DNA of 63,921 bases, the filler included, from Conidiobolus incongruus B7586 (Eukaryota), in NCBI GenBank assembly GCA_000697335.1. It is 19 parts of 19 records of this genome, joined end to end, with 100 filler letters (N's around TTAATTAATTAA, not from the genome) between each part and the next. Parts side by side here need not be neighbours in the genome. Positions count along the whole stretch, not along the records: positions 35,187 to 43,615 come from JNEM01005392.1; positions 43,716 to 44,815 come from JNEM01005401.1; positions 44,916 to 46,943 come from JNEM01005406.1; positions 47,044 to 48,784 come from JNEM01005408.1; positions 48,885 to 50,112 come from JNEM01005411.1; positions 50,213 to 51,714 come from JNEM01005412.1; positions 51,815 to 59,353 come from JNEM01005418.1; 12 more parts are not named here. The stretch is one strand, 5' to 3'. The notes under the pieces were generated by a model, which saw only the letters and a list, made by a program, of their open reading frames with translations, was not told the DNA's origin and made no database searches. Position numbers and translations under genes: made by a program. This document shows positions 39,905-53,955 of the stretch, piece by piece (the stretch's first letter is position 1; each line of letters begins with the position of its first letter).

Positions 39905-41410
39905 TAAAAATAAATTCTAATTATGTTATATAATTTGGTAAATATTTTTAATATATGAGATCTAACTAATAATTAAAATAAGTTTAATTTTTTTGAATCA
40001 ATTATTAAATAAATTCATTTATATCTAAATCAAAACATATTTTTTTTATTAAAGTTATATTTATTAATAATTTAGTATTTTAAGAATAACTCAAATTAAC
40101 ATGAGATGAAATATAGTTTGTAAATAAAAATTTGGTTTTATATTTAATTTTGAAAAAAAGCTTATTTTATAGTTTGATTAATTATATTTAATTTTAATAT
40201 ATATATTTCAGTTAATAGAATATTAAAATCTAGCTTATGTATAGCAATTGAATTCAATTATCAATTATAATAATTATATTAATAATCTGATATTATTTCT
40301 ATATTATTTTCCTTTATACAAATATTAAACCATTTATAAAATCTCATAAAAAATAATTTCCTAACACGATATATATGAAATATATAAAGACTGTTAATGT
40401 ATATTTAATTATTATAGTATATATTATATTATATATAATAATCAATTACACAAAAATATACAATATTCTTTTAAATTAATAAATTTTCAAAATTGAATGA
40501 AATTAATTAATGTAAATTTATTTTTATATAAAAAATAATCAAAAATATAACTCAAAACTAAATAATAAATTATATTTGAATTAATAAAAATTATTAATAA
40601 TATCAACATACTTTTTGCAATTAATAGAGTTTTAATATAGGTTTGATGAATATAATCAATTAAACCAATTATCAATAATTACATATTATTAATCATTAAT
40701 CTTTTAGTATTTTGGTCTATAACTGTTTTTGTTTGTTTTTCCTAATTTAATCCTAATTTATATTGGCTCGAAAAGCAAATTCGTATGTTATGATTCAATA
40801 ATTGCATTATGGACCATAGTTATTTAATATTATTTTATTATAATATTAATAGAGGATAAAGAGCATTATAATCAATATTACTGTACCTTATATATATATA
40901 TATATATTAAAGGAATTTTAATAAAATTAATATAATTGAAAATCATGGAATTTCAATATTTATTAAAATTAAACAAAAATCATTGATTTAAATATCATGC
41001 TATGAAGAGCATTTTATATCAACTAAATATTTAAAGATAAAACTTATAGCAAAAAGGTTTTAAAATATAATATTAAAAATAGTTTAATAAACTCAAAACT
41101 GGAAAATCTTATACAAAATATCTACTTCATTTAAAGGATATTGAATTTAAATTCAACCAAAGAAATATAAATAAAAAATAACTTAAATATCGAAAATATA
41201 CCTTAGCAAAAAAACAAGTATAAATTATATATTTTAATATTTCATTATTTATGGTATTATAAAATTTTAATTATATGTTTATATTTAATATAAATATCAA
41301 TTAAATAAATCAGAATAAGTATTTAATATAAATTTATAATATTGTAATATTATATTATTTTTATATATTAAAAAAATTTATTTCAATAGGTAAATCATAG
41401 AAATTGATAT

Positions 41411-41743
41411 TTCAGGTCTTCCAGAAAGTAGACTTACAACTAAGATCACTTAGATTTGATGAAACAGGCTAAGGACGACTAACGAGATACTTTAAAGGGT
41501 TTTATTAAAATATCTTGCTGCAGGGTTTGGCCCTGATCGAGATGCTCCCTGAGCGAATAGGTGACCAGTGACTTTTTTATAGTATGGTTAGTCCTTTACC
41601 AATGTGTTGAAACTCCAATTATTGTTATAGTCTGGAATTTTCCATTGTGCAAGAATTGTGCCAGATATTTGTGAGTGGATTACATTCGGAATCATGACGG
41701 ATGATTACAGTTGAATAGCGAGCATACCTCCTGATCTGCAACG
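41411..41743 (-). mobile_element. Solo LTR, family 1, second copy
   Basis: Inverted homologue of 25282-25612 (GAAAGTAG, GGCTAAGG, CTAACGAGATACTT, CCCTGATCG, TTCGGAAT, GCGAGC, ACCTCC). Minus strand has TATAAAA followed ~65 nt later by AATAAA; flanks ATAT/GTAT. Confidence 0.62.
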
Positions 41744-42639
41744 GTATACAATCCATTACCAAGCAATAAAAAATTATTGGGAGTGAAAAATCGAAACCAT
41801 AATTATAAATAATAAAAGTGAATTAAGAGATAAGTAGTGAGTAATTTATTTAAAAATAAATATCTAAAATATAATATATCAACTATGACCAATTAAAAAA
41901 ATTATAATAATAGAATATACTTAAGTTATTTACTAATCAATATTATTAATAGTTATACACAAAATATATAAAAAAATCTCTTATTTTATAATATAACAGT
42001 TATTTAGATAATGTAGTTACAAAAAATTTCTATATTAAAAAACGGTCAATGTTACCTAAGCCACTTTTCACACCAAATATTAATCTTTGTTATCATGTTT
42101 ATATTGGTTAAATAAAAGATTGAACTTGTGCAGAAATAGATTATATTTCAACTTTGTATTATAAATTAAAAGTTAATTTTTGAAAATAAATTGCAAAATT
42201 ATAAAAGAATATTAACTGATTATCATGATTAAAGGATTTTTTGTTGAAAAAAAATATAAATTTTCAAAGCAATATTATTTTGACTCTGACTTCTTTATTT
42301 TATTGAAATAAAAATCCATAATAACAAATCTTATGATTTATCATATATTATCAATTTTCTATTTAAATGATAAATTTTAGAAAAAATATATATTTATATG
42401 AAAAGCAATATTTTATCACAAAATAAAAATAAATACAAATTTATAATATTTTTTGATATTACTTTTTAAACTCTCAAAAATTAATTAATTGTATTATATA
42501 AAATATAATAAAAAGTAATAAAGTCTATATATCTGACTATATTTATCAAAAACCAATTTGGTAATTAGAATTGGAATTACAAATTGAACCAAGTAAATTA
42601 TTAATTACCAAATTAGAATTTGATTACTAATTAGCCTTG

Positions 42640-42987
42640 AGTTATATTTCAAAAACACCTATATGTGCCAATTCAACTATTATGTTTATATTACATCTCA
42701 TTTTTAGCGCTTTTGTTAGTCTATAATTGAATAATCATCTGTAGATCCTTTTATTAAAATTAAACTAAATCCTATGTTATTCACTGAATAAATTATCTCA
42801 ATCCAGAAGTGACAAGGATAGTGAGGGTTTTTTCTGGATATTCCTCTACGATGTCTCAACAGTAAGTTTTAAGACATACAGTCCCAATACGTTAAACCGT
42901 AAGATTAATAAATAATTTACCAATTCCTATTTTACGTACTTTTCTAACAATGATCTTTATTTGCAAAACTTATCTTAAAATATAACA
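42640..42987. mobile_element. Solo-LTR-like dispersed repeat, family 2, second copy
   Basis: AGTTATATTT...AAATATAACA terminal inverted repeat, flanked by CTTG on both sides (4-bp TSD). Confidence 0.65.
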
Positions 42988-43715
42988 CTTGGTCTTATAA
43001 TGTTATGTATTTGTTTCTGTCAAAATTAATTAATGGCATAATTATAAAATTAAAATTAATTATAAAACGAAATATATTATGTACATAAATAAATATGTGA
43101 AATAAAATTAAACCGCTTTTTATTATTTGTCTAGATTTTAATTAATGAGGTTTTTTATATATTAAAAATAATCAAGCATTTTTATACATATTTTTTCGAA
43201 ATAATTATAAAATATAAAGCTAATATTTTTATTATTATTAATAACTTTATTATTTTTAATTATAAAATTCTTTATAATTTTGGTTTTATTCAATTTACAA
43301 TTATAATGAAAAATAATATGTATTCTCAAATTATATTAATAATATTAAATAAATATGATTGGATTAATAAAATTATATAAAACTTTATATTATATTATTT
43401 TTTTTAAAAATTAAATCAAAATAACTTATATTATTATAAATCATTAAAATAATTTGTATTTGCCTATCATTATAAATTATATTTAATAAAATTCATTTAA
43501 AAACCTATAGCAATTTATGCTTTGATAAAAAACTATATAAAGGAATTTATAATTAATCAATCTTTATAATTCACTCTAAAACCCTATTTTAAATATATCT
43601 TAATAATATTTATTANNNNNNNNNNNNNNNNNNNNNNNNNNNNNNNNNNNNNNNNNNNNTTAATTAATTAANNNNNNNNNNNNNNNNNNNNNNNNNNNNN
43701 NNNNNNNNNNNNNNN

Positions 43716-44815
43716 TATATTTTTATAATATTATATCTATTAAATTTTTTTTGATTAAAGAATTTATTTTTTAAATTGGTAGTTTAATTTGATTATATTT
43801 AAATTAAATAATAATCATCAAAAGTCTTTTATTTTAATATTAATAAAACTTAATTATAAATCTTTTAAAATTATTTAAAATTTCTAAATAGCTTTTAATA
43901 ATAAAATATTATCTAAATTAACTATTTATTGCTAGGTAAATTACTTTAAGGCTAAAAGAGAAATTATCTAAAATTTGCTAAATTTTAAAAAACTAACTTT
44001 AATTATTATTCTTTTAATTATTAAAAAAATGAAAAAATATATTAAAAAATATCTTTTTATTCTAATTAGAAAATTATTTAAATATTTTAACATTAGTCTT
44101 ATAAATATTTTATATATTATAATTTAAACTTAAATTAATAAATAAAAATATAAAATAAGTATCTCATAATTTAACTAAAGTTTAAGAAAATATAAAAATA
44201 GCTATTGTTAAATAAAACTTACTAAAATATTATCAGAAACTTAACCATTTATAATGATTAATTATCATTAATGAATTTTCAATCCTTATATATAATTTTT
44301 TATTAAAATATAAATCAAAATGCTAGATTAAGCTAAATCAACCCTTTTTATAAATCCTTTTAAATAAGTATTATATTATAAATAAATATTAAATATTATA
44401 ATAAATTATAATATTATTTGTTATTTTTATTTATTTCCTAGAGGAAAATCAATTAATAATAAGCTTTATATTTCTTTTTTAACTAAAAATATTACTAATA
44501 GGTGTTTTTAATATTATTTGAAAAGACTTATTATTTTGTATAATAATTATAAAATATATAAATCTAAAGCTATAAAAAATTTTCTAATTAAAAATAACTA
44601 GATAAAGCTACTATATCCAGTATATTCTTTAGATTATAACCTATGTGATTTTAATTGTTTCAGGTAATTAAAAAATTAATTTATAAGAAAAAATATTTTT
44701 TCAAATAAAGTTTAATTAATTTATGAAATATTAAATTTAAGTTTTTAATAAAAACAACTATTTTTTAGATATTAAAAGTTTATCAAAAATATAACGAAAA
44801 ATTATTTTATAATAA
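43716..44815 (+). mobile_element. Mariner (DD34D) copy bounded by gaps
   Basis: IILYNN (ILHDN) followed after 34 codons by the D of YPVYSLDYNLCDF (HPAYSPDxxPCDF). Confidence 0.88.
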
Positions 44816-44942
44816 NNNNNNNNNNNNNNNNNNNNNNNNNNNNNNNNNNNNNNNNNNNNTTAATTAATTAANNNNNNNNNNNNNNNNNNNNNNNNNNNNN
44901 NNNNNNNNNNNNNNNAATATTGACTTAAAATATATATAAATA

Positions 44943-46520
44943 TACTAGCCTACAAAAGTGAGTCATAAAATAAATATCATTTATATATTTACCTATAATT
45001 TAAACAATTCTTAACTGAATTAATTTAAATTAAAATATATTATTAAGGTATATTTTTTGATTATAATAGGTTATATTTAATTATATTTAATATATTATTG
45101 GTTAATATATTAAATCTTAAATTTTAAATAGGGCAAGTCATAAATTTGTGGGTTTAAGAGTTAAAGGAGTATATAAAACAAAAATTATTTAAATTTTTTT
45201 TCTTTTATTAAATTAAATATATATATATTAATATTATTATTATAAATTATTAATTTAAATAATATTAATATTAAAATACCTAAATCCATCTTTCAAAAGA
45301 TATATTTATATATTAATAAACTTTATAATAAAGGTAGATCAACTTATATAATTGCTGGAATTACTAATGTTAGCTAGTTTATTATAGTTAAGATTGTTAA
45401 AAATTATAATAAAAATATATTCAAACCTAAACTTAAATATGCTAGGATTATACATAAATATGATAAAAAGTATATTTATAGGTTAGTTAATATAAGTAAA
45501 TATAATACTGTTATAGAAATATAGAAAAATTTATAAGACTATATAAGAATGTTAGTTAGTACTAATACTATTATATATGTTTTATGATATAATAGATATC
45601 ATTTGCACCTTAAGAAAAAACACCCTTAACTAAAAAAATCCTATTATAAAGCTAAGTGGGAGTTTGAATGTCATTATTAAAGTTAAATTAAAACTAATTA
45701 GAGTAAGGTTATTTAGTTTAATAAAACAAAAATATATCTTAGTGGATTTGATGGAACAGCTAGATATTTTAAAAAAGACAAAAAACTACTTTATGATTAT
45801 TATATTATTTCAACCCAAAAATATAATGATGGGTTAATTATAGTTTAGGGATATATGTTATCTTCTAGTATAAGATATCTTTATAAAGTTGATATGTGAA
45901 TTAATGCTAAGATATATTAAAATATTTTAAAAAATAAATTAAAAAAACTATTAAATAATATAAATTAAATAAATCAGATGTTATTTTCCAACAAGATAAT
46001 GTTTTTTGCTATATTACTATTTCTACTACCAAATGGTTTAAAAATAATAAAATAATAGTTATAAAATAGCTTTTTTAATCCCTTAACTTTAATTTAATTG
46101 AATATCTTTAGGATTAGTTAAAAAAAGTATTAAAGCTTTCCTAGAAATAAAAATTTTAAATAAGCTTTAGGAATATATTTAAAAAGCTTAGAACAAAATT
46201 AATCCTTTTTAATATAAGAAGTTAGTTGACTCTATAACTTATAAACTTAAGGAAGTTAAGAAAGCAAAAGATAAATATACTAAGTTTTAATTTTCTTTCT
46301 ATAACCAAAATATACAAATTTATAACTTATCTTAAATAAAATTTAAATTTTAATATATAAACTAAAAGTTATTATAATTAGATTAAATATATTAATTATA
46401 AATAAATAATATAAGTATATTATATGTTTATAATTTAAATCAATTTGATTAAGAATTAACAGAGTTATTGATAATAATATATATAATCATAATTTTATAA
46501 CTTACTTTTTTAGGCTAGTG
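44943..46520 (+). mobile_element. Tc1 (DD34E) full-length copy, diverged subfamily
   Basis: TA|TACTAGCCTACAAAAGTGAGTCATAAAAT ... CTTACTTTTTTAGGCTAGTG|TA; intact FQQDN at ~45985. Confidence 0.92.
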
Positions 46521-47079
46521 TATATATTTAATTAATGTATTTGAATTTTAACAGTTAAAATTACTTAATTAAGTCTATATTTATAGTTATAGTAAAATTG
46601 ATATATTAGAAATAAATACTTAATATAATAAATATAATATAAATTAATATATTAATAAACAAAATTTATTTAATCTTTATAAGCAACTAATTCAATATAA
46701 ATATATTAGACTTTATATTAGATAGTATTAATATAAAATAATATTAATAGATATAATTTTAATCTTAAAAATAATAATAAAAACTAAAAATGATTAAAAA
46801 TCAAAAATTAAAAAAACACTCAATTTATTTTTAAATTAAGATTATTCATATAATCAAATAAAATTTAATAAAATAATTTATTTAATTAATTAAGATTTAA
46901 ATTAGTTTATATGGTTATATATAAGAAGTTAAAGAACTAATTTNNNNNNNNNNNNNNNNNNNNNNNNNNNNNNNNNNNNNNNNNNNNTTAATTAATTAAN
47001 NNNNNNNNNNNNNNNNNNNNNNNNNNNNNNNNNNNNNNNNNNNTCTATTTAAATTAATAATATATACCCTATTAATATA

Positions 47080-48647
47080 TATTGGCTCACAAAAATATAA
47101 CATAAAATTAAAAATATATATATTTCTTTTAATATCTTAATCTATTCTAAATTAAATAAAATTATATTAAACTATGTAATTAATATATATTTATTATTTA
47201 TAATATAATATATAAGGTTAAATTTAATTAATTATTAATTAATATATTAAAACTAATAATATATTTAAGATAATTCATAAATTTACAAGTTTTAATATTG
47301 ATAGAAAAATTAATATCTAGTTTATCTATCTTTTGCTTTTCTAACTTCTTTAAGTTTTTAGGGCATAGAGTCAACTAGCTTTTTATATTAAGCAAGACTA
47401 ATATTATTCCAAGCTTTTTAAATATACTCCTAAAGTTAATCTAAATTTTTTGTTAAGGGGAAAAGTTTAATTAATTTTTTTAATTGATTCCAAAGATATT
47501 TAATTAGGTTAAGATGAGAAGATTGAGGAGGTTATTTCATAATAGTTATTTTGCTATTTTTAAGCTATTTAATAGTAGAGTTTATAATATAACAAGGTAT
47601 ATTATCTTGTTAGAAAATAATATTTAATTTCTTTAATTTATATCAATCAATAGTTTTTTTCAATTTAATATTTAGAATACTTTGGTATATCTTAATTTTA
47701 GTTCCCCTATCAACCTTACAAAGATATCTTACACCTAAAGATAATATATATCCCTAAATTATAATTAACCTATCATTATATTTTTGGTTTATTATAACAT
47801 AATGGTTATAAAGTAATTTTTTATCTTTTTTAAAATATTTAGCTTTTTAATTAAATCTATTAAATTATATCTTTGTTTTATCAGATTAAATAACCTTACT
47901 CTAGTTAGTTTCAGTTTAACTTTAGTTTTGATATTTAAACTCCCACCTAACCCAATAATAAAACTTCTTTAATTAAAGATGTTTTTTCTTAAGATATAAG
48001 TGGTATCTATTTTAATATAAAGCATATATAATAATTTCAGTACTAATTAATATTCTTATATAGTCTTATAATTTTTGTTATACTTCTATAATAGTATTAC
48101 ACTTACTTATACTAATTAATCTATAAATATACTTTTTATCATGCTTACCTATAATCTTAACACACTTAAGTTTTAATTTAGGTGTTTTTTAACATTGTTT
48201 TTAATAACCCTAGTTATAATAGATTAGCTACCACTAATAATTCTAATAATCTCACAAGTTGATTTATTTTTATTATTAAGTTGATTAATATGTAAGCGAA
48301 CTTTTTTAAAGAAAGATTTAGGCATTATAATATTAATTTTAAAATATTAGCTTAATAGTTTTATAATATATATATTATATCAAAAGAAACAAAAGATATA
48401 AATAAGTTTTATTATTTATACCTTTTTAAATTATAGACCTACAAATTTATAACTCACCTTGGTTAAATTTTAAGTTTTGATATATTAACCAATAGCTAAT
48501 GAAATATAATCAAATATAGTTAGTTATAATAAATTAATATAGGTAAATTATATATTTTAATATAAATCTATTTAATTAAGAATTATTTAAGATATAGGTT
48601 AATATTTAAGTAATTTTGATTTTATAACTTACTTTTGTAGGCTAGTG
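47080..48647 (-). mobile_element. Tc1 (DD34E) full-length copy
   Basis: Ends TATTGGCTCACAAAAAT / ACTTTTGTAGGCTAGTG|TA; interior collinear with the other copies. Confidence 0.9.
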
Positions 48648-48753
48648 TACTATATAAATAGAAAAAATTAAAATTAAATTATTTTGATATTTTCATAATT
48701 TTAAAAATTATTATTATTTTTTAATATTTAAACTTTGGTAATTTAGAAAATAT

Positions 48754-50112
48754 ATATTACCTTACAAAAATGAGTTATAAAATTNNNNNNNNNNNNNNNN
48801 NNNNNNNNNNNNNNNNNNNNNNNNNNNNTTAATTAATTAANNNNNNNNNNNNNNNNNNNNNNNNNNNNNNNNNNNNNNNNNNNNTATTTTATTAGATAAT
48901 AATATTAAATTTATTTAACTTACATTATTCAATGTTTTTTAATTTATTATTTAGAATACTTTAATATATCTTAATATTAATTCTTTTATTAGCTTTATAA
49001 AAATACTTTATACTTAAAAATTATATATATCTTTAAATAATAATTAACTTATTATTATATTTTTAGGTAAAATTAATATAATAGTTATAAAGTAATTTTG
49101 TATCTTTTTTAAAATATCTAACTTTTTTATTAAATTTTTTAAATATTTTTTAATTTTATTAAATTAAATAACCTTATTTTAATTAATTTTAATTTAATAA
49201 TAATATTAATATTTAAACTTTTATTTAACTTTATAATAAAATTTTTTTATTTACGGGTGTTTTTTCTGAAAATATAAGTGTTATCTATGTTAATATAAAA
49301 CATATATAATAATATTAATATTAACTAATATTCTTATATAGTTTTATAATTCTTATAATATATTGAGGTTAAATAAATATAAATTGACTATGGGCTCAGA
49401 TAGCCATATATAATATTCCCCAAAAATATTGATAACATGAAATATTATCATTATAGTTAGGATTTTATAACTAATTTTTAATTTCTGTCCTAGTATAAGT
49501 CTTAACCCTTTGCAGAAAAAATTTAATACAAATAGCAAACCATATAGTATAAGATATAATTTAATTAAAAATAAAGGAAAAAGAATACCATCCTTCTTAA
49601 TCTTATTAGATATTGATTTGCCAAATAGCTAATTCTATATTATAACTATTTCTTTAAAATCTTAAACAAAATTTTATATTATCTTACTTGACTATAGTCA
49701 ATATGTTTTATTAATAAAAAAAATTGATGTTCCATTTAAAGTATAATCTTTAAGCAAATTGGGTATTTATAATTAACTAGATAATAAAATTAGTAATCAA
49801 ATTATAATAAATTTAAGAGGTTTTGCTAATAAAGAATAGTGTTTTCAAATCAATTAGTAATTAATACTTTGATTTGGATAGTAGAACTAGTTTATTCTTA
49901 AAAAAAAATAAATGTGTATTTGATTATTAAGTAATTAATAATATTAAGTAAATCGATTAGTAAGGAAAGTGTATTATAATATTATATTTCTATAATAGTA
50001 TTATATTTATCTATATTAATTAACTAATTAAAATACTTCTAATTATATTTATTTATAAATTTTGATATATTTAAATTTAAATTTAGATGTGTTTTTATTG
50101 TTATTCTTAATA
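48754..50112 (-). mobile_element. Partial Tc1 copy carrying a ~625-bp insertion (49354-49978)
   Basis: TIR at ~48754. Transposase homology at 48885-49353 resumes at ~49980 where it left off. Confidence 0.78.
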
Positions 50113-50212
50113 NNNNNNNNNNNNNNNNNNNNNNNNNNNNNNNNNNNNNNNNNNNNTTAATTAATTAANNNNNNNNNNNNNNNNNNNNNNNNNNNNNNNN
50201 NNNNNNNNNNNN

Positions 50213-51714
50213 TAATATTATATAAAGTTAATATTAATATAATTAATTTTTAATTTTATTTAATCAAAACCTGATTATTTTTTTAATAATTTCTAAATGA
50301 TATCTTTTATATATAAATTAAATACTTTATATTTATCTATTTAAATAATATTTAATTTTTTTAAAAATTGTCAAGCAATATTTAACAAATTTAATAGAAA
50401 TATTTATAATATTAGAATAATATGAATTATATATTAATATATAAAAATATGCTTATAACTTTGGTTAAATTAAATACATAGGTATTTATATATTTTAAGA
50501 TATAAATATACTAAACAAATCTAATATCAAAAAGATTAAAGCTTTAAATCCCTTAATTAATATAATTAGGTTATCTTTTTTAAAAACAATTAGTTATTAT
50601 AAAGGTTTTATATAGAGCTATTCTGATATAATATATTCATTAGCTAAATTACCTAAAAAAATATCCCTTATATTTAAATAATAAATTATAAAAATGATTA
50701 TAATAGTTTAAAAGAAAAACTTAAATTTTATTTGATATTATATATCTTAAAATTTAACTCTTATTTTATTCTAGTTATAAATATTTTAAATTATATAGTA
50801 AGAATTGTTTTAAGTTAATATAATAATAATTACAAAAAATACCTTATAAGTTATTAGTTAAAATAGTTCTAACTAATTTAAAAAAATATAATACTATTAT
50901 AAATAATTATTTAACTATTTTTTTATTACTTAATATTTTTATTAATATCTAATAAATAAGATAACTTAAATCATTATTAATCATTAAATACAGAATTTTT
51001 TCTTAATAAGTTTTAATTTATTTTTTGAATTAATTTATTTGATTATAAGGTTTTTAATATAATGATATTATAATATATAATAGAAAAAAGAAATATATTA
51101 ATATTAACTTCTTTAATAAGATCAAAATAAGCTTTTATTTAGGTTAATTTGTATATAATATCTAATTTTCAATAAAAAATATAACCCTTTTTTAAAAGAA
51201 TACTTGATTATTTATATATAATTATAAGATATCTTAAATATATCAAAAGTTAAGTTAGATAAAGAATAGCTATATATTATATTATTTGAATTAAATAGCT
51301 AGTTTTTAGTCAATATCAATTTGATCATTAAACTTATAAAATTATCTTTATGATTTTGAAAAAAAATTATTTATAAGTAAAATAAACACTATATTTATTA
51401 AGTTATTTATAAGAGGCTTTAACTTTAATATAAGAAACTTAAATATAATTAGAAAATTTTATCTAAATATATAAAGTTTATTAATAGTTTAAATACCATA
51501 TCTTAAAAAATTTTAAATAAATAACTATATCTTTTAATTAAATTTTGGATTATTAATAATTAAATTATATAAATTTTTTTAAACCAATTAAAAAAAATAT
51601 AGATATATTTTAATAATAATTAAAAATATAACTTAATAGATAATTTGAATTTTAATTAAATAATTTATAGTGTTAATTATTATCAAACTTTTTTATAAAC
51701 TAATTGATATTTAT
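50213..51714 (+). mobile_element. Ty3/gypsy pol (RT thumb-RNase H) remnant
   Basis: FLKTISYYKGFI*SYSDI at ~50577 (FLGxxGYYRRFI) then YFILVINILNYIVRIVLS* at ~50762 (FILxTDASDYAVGAVLSQ). Confidence 0.75.
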
Positions 51715-51814
51715 NNNNNNNNNNNNNNNNNNNNNNNNNNNNNNNNNNNNNNNNNNNNTTAATTAATTAANNNNNNNNNNNNNNNNNNNNNNNNNNNNNN
51801 NNNNNNNNNNNNNN

Positions 51815-52704
51815 TAATTATAAATATTTTTATTTAAAAAAGCAATATAAAGTTAATTATTAATTAATTTTCCTTCAAGAATTAAATAAGAGTAGCATAT
51901 ATTATTATAGTTTATTATAATAATTAACATATATTTGTTAATAAAATATTTATTTAAAGGGATTTATAAAGTAGGTTAATTTAGCTTAATCTAACATTTT
52001 GATTTGTATTTTAGTAATAGATTATAAATAAAAATTTAAGATTCATCAATTATAATTGTTTGTTTTAAAAGTTTAAGCTTCTATTAATATTTTAATAAGT
52101 TTTGTTTAATAATAATTATTTTAACTTTTTTTTAAGCTTTAGTTAAATTATAAGGTACTTATTTTATATTTTTATTTATTAATTTAAGTTTAAACTTTAA
52201 TATATATAAAATACTTATAAAACTAATATTAAAATATTTAGATAATTCTGTAACTGAAATAAAAAGATGATTTTTAATAAATTTTATCATTATTAATAAT
52301 TGAAAGAGTAATAGTTAAAGTTAATCTTTTAAATTTTAACAGGTTTTAGATAGTTTCTCTTTAAGCCTTAAAATAATTTACCCAACAAAAAATTAATAAT
52401 CTAGATAATACCTTATTACCAAAAGCTATTTATAAATTTTAATTAATTTTAAAGGATTTATGGTTAAATTTTACTAATAATAAAATAAAAAACTTTTGAT
52501 AATTATTATTTGATGAAAATATAATTAAATTAAATAACTAATTTTAAAAAGTTAATTTTTTAATCAGAATAATAATTATATATATATATATATATATATA
52601 TAATTTCCTATTAATTTTTTATATATTTATTAATATCAAATTAATAATATATTTGAAAAATCAAAAATTAAAAAATTTCCCATTATTTTAAATTCAAGGT
52701 AATA
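51815..52704 (-). mobile_element. Mariner copy, 5' part with left TIR
   Basis: Reverse complement of the 32353 copy; end AAATTTCCCATTATTTTAAATTCAAGGTAATA. Confidence 0.85.
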
Positions 52705-53955
52705 AAATTATCTAGATATTAAAATAAAAATAATAACTAGATGAAATAAGACATAAGGTATTAAAAGTAAAAACTTTAAACTTGGTTATATAATTTTATA
52801 AAAAAAAAGATATATTATATTAAAAAATAAAAAAATAGATCTTAGATCAAATATTTAAGAATTATTAAAGTATTTCCAGGACCATATTATAAATTGAAAT
52901 ATCTCACCTCTCCTACCATTCTCAACTAAGTATATCTTAATCTTATTTAATATTTTATTAGTTAACATAATTTATAAAATCAATAAACCTAAAAACAATT
53001 ATAATAATTTGGGAGTTATATTAAGTTATTGGTGGAAAATTGGTTAATCAGTTATTTTATTACTTTTATTATTAAGGGTTTGCTTAATTATTATTATTTC
53101 AGGAATTATGAGAATTTAATATTAATATAATGGGAGAATTCATATTTCTTTAAAGTTATATATTGAATATTTTTATTATTTGAATAATAAAAATTTATGC
53201 TTTATTATTAATTCTAAGAATTTTATCTAATTAATTTATCTTAAACTTATTAAAATCTAAGTTTATTTTGATTGAAAAATATAAAGAATCAAGGTAACTT
53301 AGATTAATAATATGTGTGATCCTCTCCAACCAAGACACAATTTAAGTCAACAAGATATATTCAATTCCTTATGCATATAATATATTTATTACTAACCTAA
53401 GATAAGTTAAAATTATATAATATGAATAATTTATTCTTTATTATTATATCTGAATAAACTGGTTTTAAAATGAAATTTCTGCAGAAATTAAGTTCTTTTT
53501 ATTGAATTATGGAATATCTAATATTTCCGTGTAAAATATATAATATTAAGTTTATATATACTACAGAATTTGTTATTATTTGATAGATTTTAATATTAAA
53601 TTTATTTTTTGAAATTCCTATCATAGAACTTCTGACAAATCCCTCCAAATATTATATAATTATATAATTATATAAGTAAAGAAACTCTGATATATAAATG
53701 ATACATTTCCAAATATATAATTATATTTAAAATATTATTTAAAAATTTACCAGTAATAGATTTCAAATATTTAAATTGTAATTTATAATATATTAATTCT
53801 TTTTTAAAACAGCATTCAAATATTGATATAAGTTAATAGGTAATTTAAAATGTATTTACAAATAATATAAATGAATTAAAATAAGATTATTACTACGGAA
53901 AGTCAAATCAAGTATTTATTTGGATATATTATAAATCTCACAAAATGATAACATA

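Noticed and set aside
41530..41562. CTGATCGA...GAATA resembling a hammerhead ribozyme core
   Set aside because: Does not fit CUGANGA...GAAA spacing, and no supporting stems were found in both copies.
35461..42987. Direct repeats bracketing the two Cys-rich genes, as if an LTR element had captured them
   Set aside because: The copies are strongly diverged, the right copy has its own TSD, and no PBS/PPT was seen; independent insertions are simpler.
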